Below, in pieces: positions 1-14,814 of a stretch of 64,000 bases of DNA; the first letter of the stretch is position 1; each line of letters begins with the position of its first letter. The DNA lies in the NCBI GenBank assembly GCA_009914755.4, contig CP068257.2, forward strand, positions 17,376,001 to 17,440,000. Reading direction: 5' to 3'. Below the pieces are notes generated by a model that was given only the letters and a program-made list of their open reading frames with translations, had not been told where the DNA came from and searched no databases. Both the position numbers and the translations under genes were made by a program. The DNA is from the human T2T-CHM13v2.0 reference genome, Homo sapiens.

Positions 1-3000
1 TAACAGTGATTATCCCTTTGGAAATGACATATTATCTAAGTCTTTGCCATTGGATAACTAATACAAAATCTAGAAAAATATGTATTCATCAGTGTACATG
101 AAATACATTTGCATATACTTTTAATGAGGATATATTTAGAAGTTTTTTCTCAATGTGACTATTGTCTTCAAAGGATAGAAGTTGTTTTAACAGAATTTGA
201 AAGATTCAAAATATGTCTAAAAAATAGTTTAGCCATGAAGTGGGGGATGGGGAATGCTGTGAATATAGGCTATTAGCATCTCAGTATGTTGCCTATTATA
301 CTAATATGTACACCCTTCAGAAACCGAAATAAAGGAGAAAATTGCTTTCTGCAAATTGGACACTGTAAGCACACACAGAGTGTATAATTAATACAAAGGT
401 TGAAAGGTGTATTCATTAGCCATTTTTGTACTATAATAAAAAGGATTAGTCTTGCTTATAAAGATATTAAAAGGAAACTAAGTTTAATATAATTTTTTGT
501 AGAAAAAATGAAACTCTAGCATTTAGAATGAATGAAATCACAGTTTTGAGTTTTTATGTAGTAACTGACTTTAAAGGAATTCTTTATCAAATTATTAACA
601 AATTATTTAGAATAATACAATAATAATATAAAAGTCTCTTTCATGACTTTTATATTACTGTATTTCAAGTCTTCTCATTCTTCATCATAAATATTTATGT
701 ATTTTTCCTAAAGATTATTTTGTGTCTGTTAAACTGGCATTTGCCCTCATCTACCTGCTAACCTGGTATGTCTCAATGGGTGTCTTAAAAAATTTGCTCT
801 GCTAAGAGAATAGAAAACTCATATATCATTGTGTACATCCATCTATAGATGGTGATGATATGAATACACTTTCATCCCTCTTCCAGTCATCCAAACTAAA
901 TTCTACAATTGTTTGTGGAAGACATTGTTACTCTTTAATTGTTACCCTTCAAGGCAAACAGAGAGTATACTTCTGCTCACATTTCATTAGCTAAAGCAAA
1001 TTTCCGAGTCGGGACTCACTTTAAAGTACATGCTTTAAAAAGTCAATACTTGATTTTTTTTGTGCCTCCTAAACTTGGCTTAAATAATTGCCATAAAATG
1101 TTAAAATGAATGTTATTTTCCATTTTCTCTAAATTCACTGGGGTTTGATTGAAATTGCACTGAATAAAAAAAATCCATTTGAGGAGAAATGTCAACTCTA
1201 CGATACTTAGCCTTTCAATCCAGGTACATGGCATCATTTATCTACGTATCTTATAATGTATCTCAGTAATGATCTATCTATTTTCTGTATGGTCTTGTAT
1301 ATACTTTGGTAGATTTATTACTAAGTAGTTAAATTTGTTGCTATTGAATGGTTGTTTTTTTTAAATAGCATTTTCTCAATTTCTGTTTCTTATATATAAA
1401 TATAAAGTTGTTATTGAGCTTGTATTTCAGAACCTTGATAAATTCACTTATTCTAACAAACAGTATAACTACAAATTTTAGATTTATTCCATGTTGTAAT
1501 CATAGGACCTTCAAATTTTTCTTGTAAATATTTTTTACTTGTTTTCTCGTTGCTTTGTCTTGACCTGAGAAGAATGAGAAATAATGCTGTCCATTTGAAT
1601 TAGGAGTCCATCTTTAAAAAGGGATAGTACAAATAGTGAGAAGAGCTTTGGCTGGGAAATTATGCTTCAGCTATAGCACAGATCATCTGTACTACATCAC
1701 AGGGCAGCTGTACTATATTGGGGAAGTAGTTTCAGCTTCACACTTGTCATCTTTCTTTTCCTTATAAAACAAAGTTTAAAAGATTCCACAGTTTTTCTTA
1801 GTGATAATATTCTATTATTTTAATCTATAACTGGTTCTTATAGGATTTTAAATTTTACTTCTATAAAATATCTTAATGTTACCTTAGAAGAAATATATAC
1901 TGAAAATCTAACTTCAAGGGAGCTATGTATCTCCTGAAGACATGAGGAATAAAATAACCTGAAAAGGGCATGTTCAACTAAATCATCCTGAAATATTTAT
2001 TTGTATGCATGTTAAACCTACTCACATAGGTCAGGCAAAATATTTTTATATTAAGAATGTTTCAGTGGATATTATTTTTCCTATTCTTAGTGCTATGAAC
2101 CTCTCTTATAATTTTTTTTACACATATATGTATAATGATGTTTTGAATCCACGGATACAGGCTTCAGAGTCAAGTTCAGTTTCCTTGAAATAGTGAAACC
2201 TAAATGGACAGCACTTAATGAAAATGAGACTGGCTGCACCACCCCATTCCACACACCATATGTCCTGAATAGCCTCTACTCTCTGCCAAGATGTAATTCA
2301 AATCAGTGACCTAGAAATGAAAGACTACATACCCCATTACCAATCAATTCCCTGAGCCATTCAGTCTCTACTCAGTAATATTTTAATAAATCATTTTCAT
2401 TTATATTGATGAGCCGTTAATGCAAATTGTAAGTAAAAGGACAGTTGACTTTTATTAGCAAAGACACGAATATATAATATGCTACACCAAAAATTCCATG
2501 CCCTATGCTCTATGTGATACCATGTAACTCATTCACCAGAGGAAAAGATGAAATACTAGTAATTTTACAGAACTTCATGAAATCATATTTTTACATTTCA
2601 TTTAATATCTTAGATTGTTTCTAAATAATTGTAGATAAAATGTTTGAAATTTGGGTTACATTCTATGCTATGTTTCTGTTTCATTCATGTTAATTAATAA
2701 GAGGTAGTTCCAATGATGGAAAGAGCTTGACAACTCCTAGGCACTCTTTTAAATGCCAATGGATTGTACCTTGTTTGTGTAAGCCTAAAGCTGTAGTTGT
2801 GTAATTCCATATCCATGTGTGAATTCTGCCTGCCTCCTTCCCCCGAGTATAAGCTTTACTTATACTGGTAGTATCACTCACATTATTAAAACAATAGTGA
2901 CACTAATTAACAATGAGTATTTTAGAGGTTTTGAAGTTATAAGTTGCTGCCACATTAATTATCTCGTTAATTAGCCTTCAAACCCTGTAATTTGAGTGAT

Positions 3001-3813
3001 TTAATCATTCACTCAACATTATTTTAGCTACTTTATGGAATTGTAGTAAATGCCAGGAATATAAAAATGAAGATAAAAAGCCAAAGCCCTAATGAGTATG
3101 TCAGCAAGGGTTATTTTCCCTGGACAGTTGTGTTATTCTTACTTCCTCAGTGCTATGAAGAATCAAAAACTAATCATCTTCTTTAAATGTGCAGAAAAGA
3201 AAAGAAAAACACACCTTTCTGCTTAGTTGCAGAAACCACCTCTGCATGAGTCAAGCTCTCTGATGAATGAGGAAAGTAAAGACACTATATTAATGTTTTT
3301 CAAATTGGGTTCCATGTAATTTAGAGTATGGTGCAGTATTAATAAGAGTTTTGATCAAAACATTTTGTAGATGAAAAAAGTTTGATAACTGTTCATATTA
3401 CATTTTCTTATAAGATTTTTGCAATATGCATTAAAACTTCCGAGAAATACTGCAGTAAATAATGTAGTTTGACTTTATTATTATTAAACTTTCTCAAACA
3501 CAAAATCACTTCCTTTTTGGAAATCTTACAGTAATATAGTGCAGGTATTGTTCTTCTATAGACTAATAGAAGCATTCAGCTAGACAAATTAAAAATGGTT
3601 TCTAGTATTATTTTACCTTTGGCTTTTAGTGATGTTGTATCTGTCTCAATGTTTATTAAAAATAGACCATTAACATTCATGCAAGCTATTTAATTCCTTT
3701 GAATTTGTTGAAAATGCAGAATATTAGGTCTCGGCCCAGATTTATGATTTAAAATTTGCATATTAACAAGATCCCAGGTGATTTGTAATCATATTAGAGT
3801 TTGAAGCATTAAT

Positions 3814-3841
3814 TTAGATCAGTTGTTCTCAACTGATCTAA
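3814..3841. repeat. Perfect 12-bp-stem hairpin (ttagatcagttg / caactgatctaa, 4-nt loop)
   Basis: Read directly: left stem is the exact reverse complement of the right stem. Confidence 0.6.
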
Positions 3842-3848
3842 ATTAGTT

Positions 3849-3890
3849 AGTTAGTTCTCTAGACTAACTAAGTTAGTTCTCTAGACTAAC
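3849..3890. repeat. Tandem duplication: 20-bp unit agttagttctctagactaac x2, period 22
   Basis: Two identical copies at 3849-3868 and 3871-3890, separated by 'ta'. Confidence 0.7.
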
Positions 3891-4387
3891 AGCATTAACA
3901 TTACCTAGAAATGTGCTGGAAATGCCCATTGTTAGGCCCTACCCCAGACATACTGAGTCAGAAATCCTAAAAATGGGACCTAGTTATCAGTATTTATAAG
4001 GTTCTTCCAAATGATAATGATGGAAGCTAAAGTTTGAGGATCACTGTTTAACAGTGGGGTTACATTAAGTCATTTGGAGGATTTTGTTTTACTTTAATAT
4101 TAATATCTAGGTCTTGTGCTCAAATGAAGTAAATGAGAATGTGGGTATGAGGATGGAAAGGTGCTAGTCATAATGTGTTTTATAACCTTCTAAAATGATA
4201 GTCATTCACAGTCAAGATTGAGAATCACTAATCTTCGTAATAACTCCATCTGCTGTGAAGATTGAATTATTTTATAGAGATAAGGACTCATTTAATGACC
4301 AGGGCAATGGGGACAGGACAGATGTGTAACTCATGTTAGCAGAGTAACTTACAACGCATCTAATAACGAGATGAAATTAGCCATTAC

Positions 4388-4840
4388 TATGGTTCAGGTA
4401 TGGTTCGTTGGTCCCCACCAAGTCTCATTGAAATTTAATCCTCAGTGTGGTGATGCTGGGAGGTGGAGCCTAATAAGAAGTGGGTGGGTTAGGGAAGCAG
4501 ATCTCTCATGAATGGCTTGATGCTGTTCTTGTGGTACTGAGTGAGTTCTTGCCCTTGTGGGACTGGATTCTCAGGGGAATGGATTAGCTCCACCAAGAGC
4601 GGGTTATTGTAAAGTGAGGTTCTTCCCCCTGTTTCATCCCTCTTCCCATATGCCTGCTTCCCTTTGACCTTCTCCATCAAATTTTGATGCAGAACAAGCG
4701 TCTTTCCCGGAAGCAGAGTAGTTGCTGGCGCCCTGCTTCGGCATCTTCTCTGCAGAACCCTGAGCCAAAGAAATCTATTTTCTGTATAAACTACCCAGCC
4801 TCAAGTATTCCTTAACAGCAACTCAGAATGGACTAAGACA
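4388..4840 (+). mobile_element. ERVL-MaLR solo LTR (MST/MLT1-type)
   Basis: Starts ...ggtccccaccaagtctcattgaaat... Contains the ggaggtggagcc ... ctcatgaatggcttgatgc ... gtgagtgagttct blocks. Ends ...ctacccagcctcaagtattcc...gaatggactaagaca, the typical MaLR LTR terminus. Confidence 0.6.
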
Positions 4841-4953
4841 ACTGTATTCATTTGCCAAAGCAAGAAGTTCTCTTGGAATTAGTTAAGTCTCACTATTGTT
4901 TCGGGAAGCTGGAAAGTGGGTGCTCATACCGATATGCTCAGATTACCCTTTAA

Positions 4954-5348
<395 letters not shown>

Positions 5349-6131
5349 CCCACTTTGCTTTTCTGAAGCCTCACAGCTGGTACTTACATACTTTTACCAT
5401 TGTGAAACTCAAATAGCTAGAGCTGTCTCTTAAGTGATCTAACATTCTTTATTCCTATGGCCTCTTCTGTCTCCTAGACCTCTGTTACAACAGTGGCAAC
5501 ACTGCTCAGTGTGTCATATATAAAACTCAAGACCGTTTTGGTTTCACAAAAGATAAGCATACATAACATGGGAGAAGTGCCCTCATAAAACTTTCTGCAG
5601 AGTAAGAAAATTACCAGTTTTGTGTGGAGGGTACAGCTAAAAGTGAAATTGTGTGGTATGGCAACGCAAACATCTTAGAAATATATTTAAGAAGTTCTTG
5701 TTCTTTAATAATGTTCTCTGGTGACGAATAAATATATTTAAGAAGTTTTTTTTTCTTTAATAATCTTCTTTAATAATATTCTCTGGTCACAAAGAGCATG
5801 TTGGTTGGAATCAACATGGTTTTGGCCACTTCTCTTTCCAGACACACCCAAGAGTACTGGTCCTCCCTCGTTTCCCTCCTTTATCTGCTCTTTGCTCTGA
5901 CTGTCTCGTGATATCCACCTTTGTATATCGGTGCTAAGAACAAAACACCTCTTCCTAAAAGTGAGCAGCCTAACCCACCAAGGTGGTCAGGAGATAAAAG
6001 TGATTTCACTCCAGCATGAACTTCTTTCCTTAGAAAGCCATTGTATTTATATAAGGTGCCCAGATGTGTACATTGTTTAATGTGACAATTGCATGCACAC
6101 TTGTTGTCCAGGAAGTCTGTCACTTTGTATT

Positions 6132-6135
<4 letters not shown>

Positions 6136-6162
<27 letters not shown>
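6136..6162. repeat. (GT)n microsatellite
   Basis: gtgtgtgtgtgtgtgtgtgtgtgtgt read directly. Confidence 0.9.
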
Positions 6163-6655
6163 TTTAAATTTCTAACAAATTATTGTTAGTGATGGCATAA
6201 GAACATATCATTTTGGGACTGACACTATTTACTTAGTGCTGTCGGCTTCTGCCTTGGGTTTGGTAACATTTACTTAGCACTTCAAGCTTCTGGCATGATA
6301 TCGTATAATTGCATGTGAGACTCCCGTGCAGTGAATAGAGTTCTTACTTTAATTTGGTTAAATCTGAAAGACAATCACTCTTGAACAACTTTATCATTAC
6401 TGAGTAACTACACCTCGTTTTCAAGGATGGCATAGAGGTGCCTACTGATAAAAAGAATTACACTCAGAATCCAACTATCAGGGACTGCTGACTTCTTACT
6501 ATCTCAGGTGATGGTAGAAAAAATATTCCTACCATCACCTGCTGCTCCCTCTGCCAGTCATTTGATGTACCATCCATGGCTCCACAGTCCACGCTATTGA
6601 CAGCGTGATACAGAGAAGAAGGGAACGACCAGGCCAGCAGTCCAGGGATCAGAGG

Positions 6656-6718
6656 GAAAATAAAATAAAATAAAATAAAAAAATAAAATAATAAAATAAA
6701 ATAAAACAAAATAAAATA
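6656..6718. repeat. (AAAAT)n / A-rich pentanucleotide microsatellite
   Basis: aaaataaaataaaataaaaaaataaaataataaaataaaataaaacaaaataaaat. Confidence 0.85.
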
Positions 6719-7502
6719 TAACCAGAAAATTATAGATGAGATATACAGAATGAAGACAAGAAAATACAAAAACTCTCCTAGAAAACAGTCTGAGCAGCCT
6801 ACTATTGAGTACAAAAGTTGTCGGAATGTGTTTCCTGTAGTAGGATTGTCACTCTGTGGTATAGATCTATATTTCACATATTTCACTGTTCTATGGCAGT
6901 TTTTCACATGAAATTCTGTTTCTTGTCTTTCAGAACATGAAATCAACATATAGACAAAATGCAGAAGAAAATTTCAATTATGGAAAAGAGAGTAAATATT
7001 TTCAAGTTTGGCCTTTTTAAGGACACATTGTCAAATGTCAGTGCTCTGGAGAGAAGTTGGTTGTTTCTCATTCTTTGTTGGTTTTGAATAAATCTGCTAT
7101 AAATATTTGTGTTGAGATTTCTTGTGCGTGTACACATAAGCATTCAAATCAGCTGTACAATACTTAGGAGCATAGTTCCTAGATAGCATGCTAAGACTAT
7201 GTTTATATTTGTAAGAAAAAAAAAAGACCACCAAATTGTCTTCTAAAATGTATCATTGTGACAAAAGATTCTTACTCTATTAAGAATGTATAAAGTATAA
7301 TCTCATTAAAGATTAGGGAAAAGATACTGACTTAGGTAACCTGGAAATGAGTGGAGTCTGTAAAACTAAACGCAAAAGAACTGCACATAAGCACTAAACT
7401 CTAGTAGGAAATGTTGTTCCCTACATGGGTACAGGCTAAGGATTATGCAACCGCGACACATATACACTGAAATTTAACAGTTAGGTAAATGGAGGCAATC
7501 TA

Positions 7503-7666
7503 GAGAATTATGTTTCTCACACTTGAAGTGTGAAGTTATAAGCAAGCAAGGGAGGATGCGTTCCCAGTAATGACTTCAACTCTAATCCATCACCACGTAG
7601 ATCATTCGAGCATCCTCCCTTGCTTGCTTATAACTTCACACTTCAAGTGTGAGAAACATGATTCTC
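7503..7666. repeat. Near-perfect inverted repeat: 57-bp arms (56/57 match) with a 50-bp spacer
   Basis: Left arm 7503-7559: gagaattatgtttctcacacttgaagtgtgaagttataagcaagcaagggaggatgc. The reverse complement of the right arm 7610-7666 is identical except for one T/C difference. Each arm also contains a small internal near-palindrome, cacacttgaagtgtg. Confidence 0.9.
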
Positions 7667-8473
7667 AATATAGATACTAACAGTTACATTTATAAGAATG
7701 TGTAAATGTAAGGGTTGGAATCAACACATTGTCTTGCTCTGTCAGTTGAGAGGACCTTGGAGCAATGCCACATCAGAACAGCATATCTAGTACCCGGATC
7801 TTAGTTTCTAATGTCACTCTCCAATTAAAGGGCACAGAGTTTTTGGAGAAATGACTGATTCTAGGACAGGGTAAAGGATATACAAGATGGGACTGAAAAA
7901 TATTTTAGTGCCAGAAAAAAATGGCCTTCTTGAAAAAATAAAGAAAAAAATAACAGAACAAAATGCACAATGATGAGGGAAAGACAAAGGGAAACAGGGT
8001 CAACTGAAAGAGTTCTCAATGGCCAAAGCTGGGATGATGTGACAAATGAAATAAGTCAGTGTTGGACTGTAACACAAAGTATAAAATAAATACTTAAGAG
8101 TTCATGATAATATGAATTATTGAATAAATAAATTAGGGAAAATACACAAATCTCTCTTGTAAAAACATGAAAAACAATTCATGGGAATACTCAGCCCTTA
8201 AATAAATGGAGCATAACTCCTCATTCCTTAAGTATGGGTTGCACATAGTGACCTCTTTCCAAGGATTACCATATGGAAAGGCAGGGGCAGGCCTGGGGGA
8301 AAGAGTAAGTTTATATTGAAGAAATCCGATAAGCACTATCTCTGCCAGGTGAGCAAGAATAATATCAACAGTGATAATTAACATTGATTGTATTTATACT
8401 TGCTATGATACAATGAGAGCAGCACTTCACTTCTGTGGTCTTCTTCCCAAAAATTCATAATAAAAAATTAACC

Positions 8474-8771
<298 letters not shown>

Positions 8772-11700
8772 TTAACTGAATTTACATTTTTAAAGAAAGT
8801 TGATAAGGAATATATAACTTGCAAAAATGTTTATTGCCATTTATATTCCACCATAAGGGCCACAATGAGACACAACAGTCATAAGATACAGATCTAGTGA
8901 GGAAGCGTCAGAAGCTATTTTAGAGTTTATAGTTATATTGAGCAAACTATAAGCAAACGTCATGGTGTAATTCACCTGCCACTGCTAGCTTTACAGTTGC
9001 TTAACACTGTGAAGCTGAAGTTTCTTATATAGAAAAACTGAATGTTCTAAAAATTAATTTGGCTTATTTTAAATTCCAAGGTTTCTTGTGTACACATTGA
9101 AGGTACATTACTAATATTTTTAAATACGTTGGCTCAAACAACAAAAGAAGTTTGCAAAGAATTAATATGCAGTTTTACATCAGTGCCTTTGAAGACTGCA
9201 GGTAGAATAAAAGTTAAGTTAGTGCCAAAAGTCATTTGATTTTAAGTACAATTTATGTCATCGAGTAAAATTTGTCAAAGTATTAATATATGCTTCTGAA
9301 AGAAAATACCTGATATTATTCTGAATGCTATTCTAAATATAGCTAAGAAATTAGTTGTTGGAAAATAATATTGTTTTTATTATGGTAATACTAATAAAAG
9401 TTTTGATGGAAAACAACCTGTGGTAAAAAGAATATCCTTGTTGATACATTCAAGAAGACAGTAAGAAACACACATAACTCATGGTTGCATCTAATGAAGC
9501 TGCGATAATCTACTAAATGAAATAGAGATTACGAACAACAAAAGTTTAAAAGATAATGTACTCTTTTCTATGTAGATAGTTTATATATTATGTATATAAA
9601 GTTTAAAAAATTAAATATATGCTTGCATAAGTTTAAAAAGACATATCTTTTAAAAATATATGAATATTTATATATGTTTACATATATTTTTAAATAAAGT
9701 ACATATCTTGTAATTAAGCAGAGGATAAACATAAAAATAAATCCTTCATTATGGCACCTCTGATTTGGATGATAAATAATATGGGAATTCATTTTAGAGA
9801 GGCGAATATCGTTACCAAATATTAATTTCATTATGTTTTATTTATTTATTTGTCTGTGGTTTTTTTAGTGCTGATTGCCAGATTAGAAGTTGATTGGATT
9901 CAATGCTTTATCCCGGCGAGTTAAAATCCAAATATCTATACATCCCAGGTTTCAATCCTTCTGGTAATTTGTCTCTTCTAAACTCCTGCTATTTGAATTA
10001 AAATATCTTAACTGCTCTCCATAGTCTGATCTTTGACAGACTAACAAATGCCGTGCTCTTAAATTATTCCTGGCACACAGCTTCTGCGACCTCCCTCATG
10101 CTCAACCCAATCTTCACTTCAGGTCACCCTTATAGAGTCCACCACAAAATTAGGATGGATGTCTACTTGAAAAAATTGAACATCACATAGAGTGGCAAGA
10201 TGAAGAAAGATGCCAGGTAGCAAATGGCATGTGTTTAACACAGTCATGTGCAAATAGCAGGTGTTCGGCGAATGCTCACAGAATAAATGAAAGGCTGAAT
10301 CTGAAGCACTAACTGGAAATTGAGAAATTATTATTCCAAATAATAGGGATGTCAGTGTGTTTAAAGACATATGTAATATCATTCAAAAGCAAATATATTC
10401 CACATAGACACATTCTTATTTTGATCTTCATAAAGTGCCCTACATCATTTTATGTGATTCTCTAATACATTTATTACCTTTCTGGTTATTTATGTGGCTC
10501 ACTTTCTTGTTATTTTCCTGGCTAAAATACATTTAAAGCTTAAAATATAGCATTTCTAGTGATCATTGCATGATCACTTCTGTTTTTTACACTGCATTTT
10601 CAAGCAGCTCTTAGCATACACTATAAAAATACTCACATTTCAAGTATTTCTAATGGAGTTTATCTTAAGTATAGCAGTTCCCCTCTTGAGGATTATAACA
10701 CTAAGTGATTTAATTAAACTGATCAAATTAAAGTGAATGGTGGCATAAGCCCTAGAGTGACATATATTTCAGTTGTGAAAACAGCCACTGGAGTGCTTTA
10801 CTTACACTCTCCATTTGACATACTTTCAGATCTTACTTTCTAATAGAGTATTCAACTATACCAAATAAAAGGAATGCTGACAATTTGAACTATTTTTGTT
10901 AATTTAATATGTATTTCTTTATTGCTAAATGAATTTATTTATAATTATTGTTCTATTGCCCTAAGTTACAACATTTATACGTTGAATACCTAAATGCATA
11001 CATGACTTTAAAAAGTTGAGAAAAAATTTCCAAGTGCTGAAGATGATGTATTTTGTTTAGTTTCAAGTATATTGTGAAGGAACATATCTACTTAAGAGAT
11101 ATGTTAATGTCCATTGGATGCTTGGGAGAGAATGTCTAGATCTTGCTGTAAAATATATTAAGTGATGATAAAATAATTGGTTACCTTCCAAATCTTAAAC
11201 ATATCAAAGGCATTAGAGCTCGGACTTTATTCTCTTCCCAATTTTTTGAGATTGAAATTGGTGCAGATGCTGTTATCTTGCCTGTGTTTAATATTTAATT
11301 TAGTTTTTTTCCTTAAAGTTTGAATATGTAATATTTGAGAAAACACATGATTCATACAACTGTGAAATAATTCTATCTTTTATAGTAAGTATTTAAACAA
11401 GCTGCACTATTAACTTTTCCATAAATGTAAACCACGTTTTTTGCATTGGATCTTCATATTACAGTCTTCTACCTATATTGTGTGTACTGAGTATATAAAT
11501 TATAAGCAGTATAAATATCATTTCTAATATCTATAACTTTCACGGAAATTGTACTAGGCTGCAGATAGGAAGACTGCTTTTATTTTCTGGCTTAGCTTCA
11601 AGAACTAAATGCCTGTATAACTAGAAAAAGTCGTTATGCTTTCTTTTCTCAATTTCTTCATATATTGAACTAGGAGAGTAAGGGCAGGAAGGATGCATTA

Positions 11701-12577
11701 AAAAAACGCAAACAGGGAGGACAATGACCACCAAGCACCCTAGAAAATGACAGAGGAGGAAATAAAATAACAAAAATTAAAGTAAATATCTGAATTATGA
11801 CATAGTATTACAGTGAATGTTGATGCTGATGAAGCTATTGTTATGAATTTTGCAGATTATTTACAAAACATTTGCATTCATTCTCTACTACTTTTTCATA
11901 GATGTCTATGACATAACCAAAGAAGAAATGTATTAACCTCATTTTAGAAAGGGGGATAATATCAGTTTGAAAAGTGAAACCACATATTAAGTTGTAAGCT
12001 AGAGATTGGATAACAGATTTTTATAGTACAAAGGCTGTTTGAATTGCTCATTCTCGTTATCTGATTAATCCGGTATAATTGAAGATCATCTGGTTTATTC
12101 ACATAAGCAGAGGATAGTCTTTCTCTGTGTGCATGGCTGAAGAACTTCAACCTGCCTGTGATGTAAATGCCAGGTGAGTCTTGTAGATGCTGGGGTGATG
12201 AATGTGTGAGGTACCCTACCTACAGCAGAGGTAAGAAAAAACTTCTGAGACAACAAAGTAACTGTCATTCCAGCACCTGAAAGACAGGAGCAATGTTTGA
12301 AGTGATGGGCCACATATTAGGTTAGATAGGAAATAAATTGGTTTCTAAAAGTAGTAAATAGACCAAAAGTGAAGGAAGAGACAGAAGACTTGGAAATTCC
12401 AATGAAATTATAAAGTAGTTATAGTGAAAATAGCAGAAAGAAAAAATTGGAAAGATATGATTACTAGCAAATAATGGGATATTGATCTTTAGGAATGATC
12501 ACTATATGGGCACACCCATCCACAGAACAAAGTGATTGCTTCACCCCATGATGTGAGAAAAATTGCAGTGGGTGCTT

Positions 12578-12650
12578 TATTTTTCTTTCTTTCTTTTTCT
12601 TTTTTCTTTTTCGTTTTTTTGATTGTGTGTGTGTGCGTGCATGTCTTAAT
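12578..12650. repeat. T-rich (TTTC/TTTTC)n run followed by a short (GT)n
   Basis: tttttctttctttctttttcttttttctttttcgttttttt then gtgtgtgtgtgcgtgc. Confidence 0.6.
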
Positions 12651-14814
12651 AGCAGGTGGTGTATTTTTAAGTTATTTGTAAAAGCTATGTGAAAGCAGCA
12701 TTTATGTGAAATTGGTAAATATACATAATGTGAGATAGGTTGGTAAGAAACTGAAATCTTTAAATTGCAGCACCCTCTTCCATCCAGCCAAGGTAGAAAT
12801 TTCTACTTCCATGCACTCAATTACTATGTCTTCCAGATTTTGATTTGTAAACATTTCCAGAATCTGTTCACTTTTCTCAATTCCGGAGTAAACTACCACG
12901 ATCTCTCACTGAGATAATCACCTTTCTACCTGGCTTAACTGCCTGTAATCTTGCCCTCTTCCATTTACATGTTCCATATGCAGGAAAGGTCTTCATCCAA
13001 AAATGAGAGAGTAAGTTTGATATATCACTATATTGTTCAAAAATTTTATTCACCCATTTTCTTTAATATAAAAGCATGCACTCTTCCACGTGGATTTACA
13101 AGGCCCTCCATATTAGCCTGTATCATCACCCTCTTCTAACTATTGCCTTCCTTACATTCTTTACTAGACTGTGAACCTTCCAGTTTCTTGAATATGCCAT
13201 ACTCTCACTTACCTCACAATATGCTCATATGCATGAACAATATGCTCCTGTGCATGGAACTTTTTTTAATGATATGCTCCCTGTAAACCTTAAAATACCT
13301 AAGCTTCCTCACAGAACTCTTCCCTGGATGCTGGACTAACTTAATTACAGTAATTTATTTTCCCACAAGGTGTTGTATATTTCCTTTTATAAACCCCATC
13401 AGAAATTTTTGACTTAACACTTCTATCAAATATATTGTTAATTTTTTGCATATTTAAACTATGTTGTCTTTTTTTGTTATCATTGTCAAGTTGTCATATT
13501 AGAATTTCAGTATCTTTATAAACTTGTTTTAAACTCCGGAAACAGCACAAAACTATATCCACTGGATATATTTCCCTAATCTCTTGAGACACTAGGAAAC
13601 CACGGAGCTGAGATTCATGCTAATGTTAATGTGTCATCATGAGCAATGTTCTTTCCATAACAGTGTGTTGTTTCCCAACCCAAAGCATTTAAAGAAAGAT
13701 AAAAAGAAAACAGATAAGCAGGAACACCTTCTCAACATAGAAATTATAGGGGACAATGAAGACTTGGTCTTGTATAACTACATGCCTTGCTTCCAAAGTT
13801 CTTATGATGAATGTAGCTGTCCACTCAATGACAAAATATTCAAACTTAAGTCTTTTCTTTCAGGTTTTGCTATCTTTTTTAGGCTCTTTTTTTTTTCCAT
13901 GTCAGATGTTTTAGGATGTTTAAATAAAAGAGAAAGATATCTGAAAAGTCTTGAAGTACAATATAATTAATGAAGTCCTTAATGAGTTAAGTTTTTACAA
14001 CTGTGGATTCCTGCGACACCCTATTGAAATACCCAATTAAAAGATAATTAGGATAAATTATGGTGAGAAAGGAGATAACCTTACATCTTCAAGTAAAGAC
14101 CTTCTTGCTTCACATAAAACTTTCAGGGTGACTCTTACAGCTTCTTCCAAAGAACAGAAATTAAGTACAAGGATGAGATCCATTTTAATATTAACAAATT
14201 TAATTTAAAATACACCATTTTAAAACTAATGTGATTAGAAATATATTTTACAAGGTTATATGTTAATAAAATTTCTTGAAATGAAGTAGAAGTTATCTGT
14301 CACGTGTTTTCTCAGTATTCACACGAACAATTCATTACAATTTTATAGTAGTCATAGCTGATGCATTCACTCATTTATGTATTGGGTGTCAGCTATGAAC
14401 CATGGCAAGACCAAGACCTCTGTGCACAATATAAATTTAAATTTGGTCTTTTTTAAAAATACATATGTATCAAAATTTTTCTCATTTCTTTTCTAACCAT
14501 TTTTAACAAGACCACACTGTGGGAATAAATTATCTAAATATAACTAGCCATGAGAGACATCAGTTATTTGGAATTGTGTTAGATATAATTTTTTAAATTC
14601 TTAATTACATCAACCGCTAAGTAAAACTCCAATATGAATTTTAGTAGCTGAAATTATTAATAGCACACTTCTAAATCATTAAAAACAAGGAAAGAAATGT
14701 ATCTTTGTATAATATATTCATGCCTACAAATTTATGATGTCTTATATTCATTCATAATAAATAATCAGGCAAATCAAATAAAATAAGTTTAGGCCTGAGT
14801 ATATTCATATGTGC

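Noticed and set aside
6464-6949. 161-aa minus-strand ORF, the longest non-TE ORF in the first 10 kb
   Set aside because: It runs through the (AAAAT)n microsatellite, which produces the F/L/Y/I-rich low-complexity segment. It has no recognisable domain, and in a eukaryotic intergenic context an unspliced 161-aa ORF is expected by chance.
9560-9840. Very AT-rich block (tatatatt, taaaaa runs) considered as a possible fragile-site-like AT-dinucleotide repeat or matrix attachment region
   Set aside because: It is only imperfect and short (TA)n-like runs, and nothing in the sequence itself supports a function.
10040-10315. Possible MIR (SINE) fragments here and at about 16180-16330, identified by motifs like cctggcacacag / gcctagcacagg ... 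aataaatg
   Set aside because: The similarity is limited to the short MIR core motif. It is too diverged to call confidently without alignment, so it is not listed as a feature.
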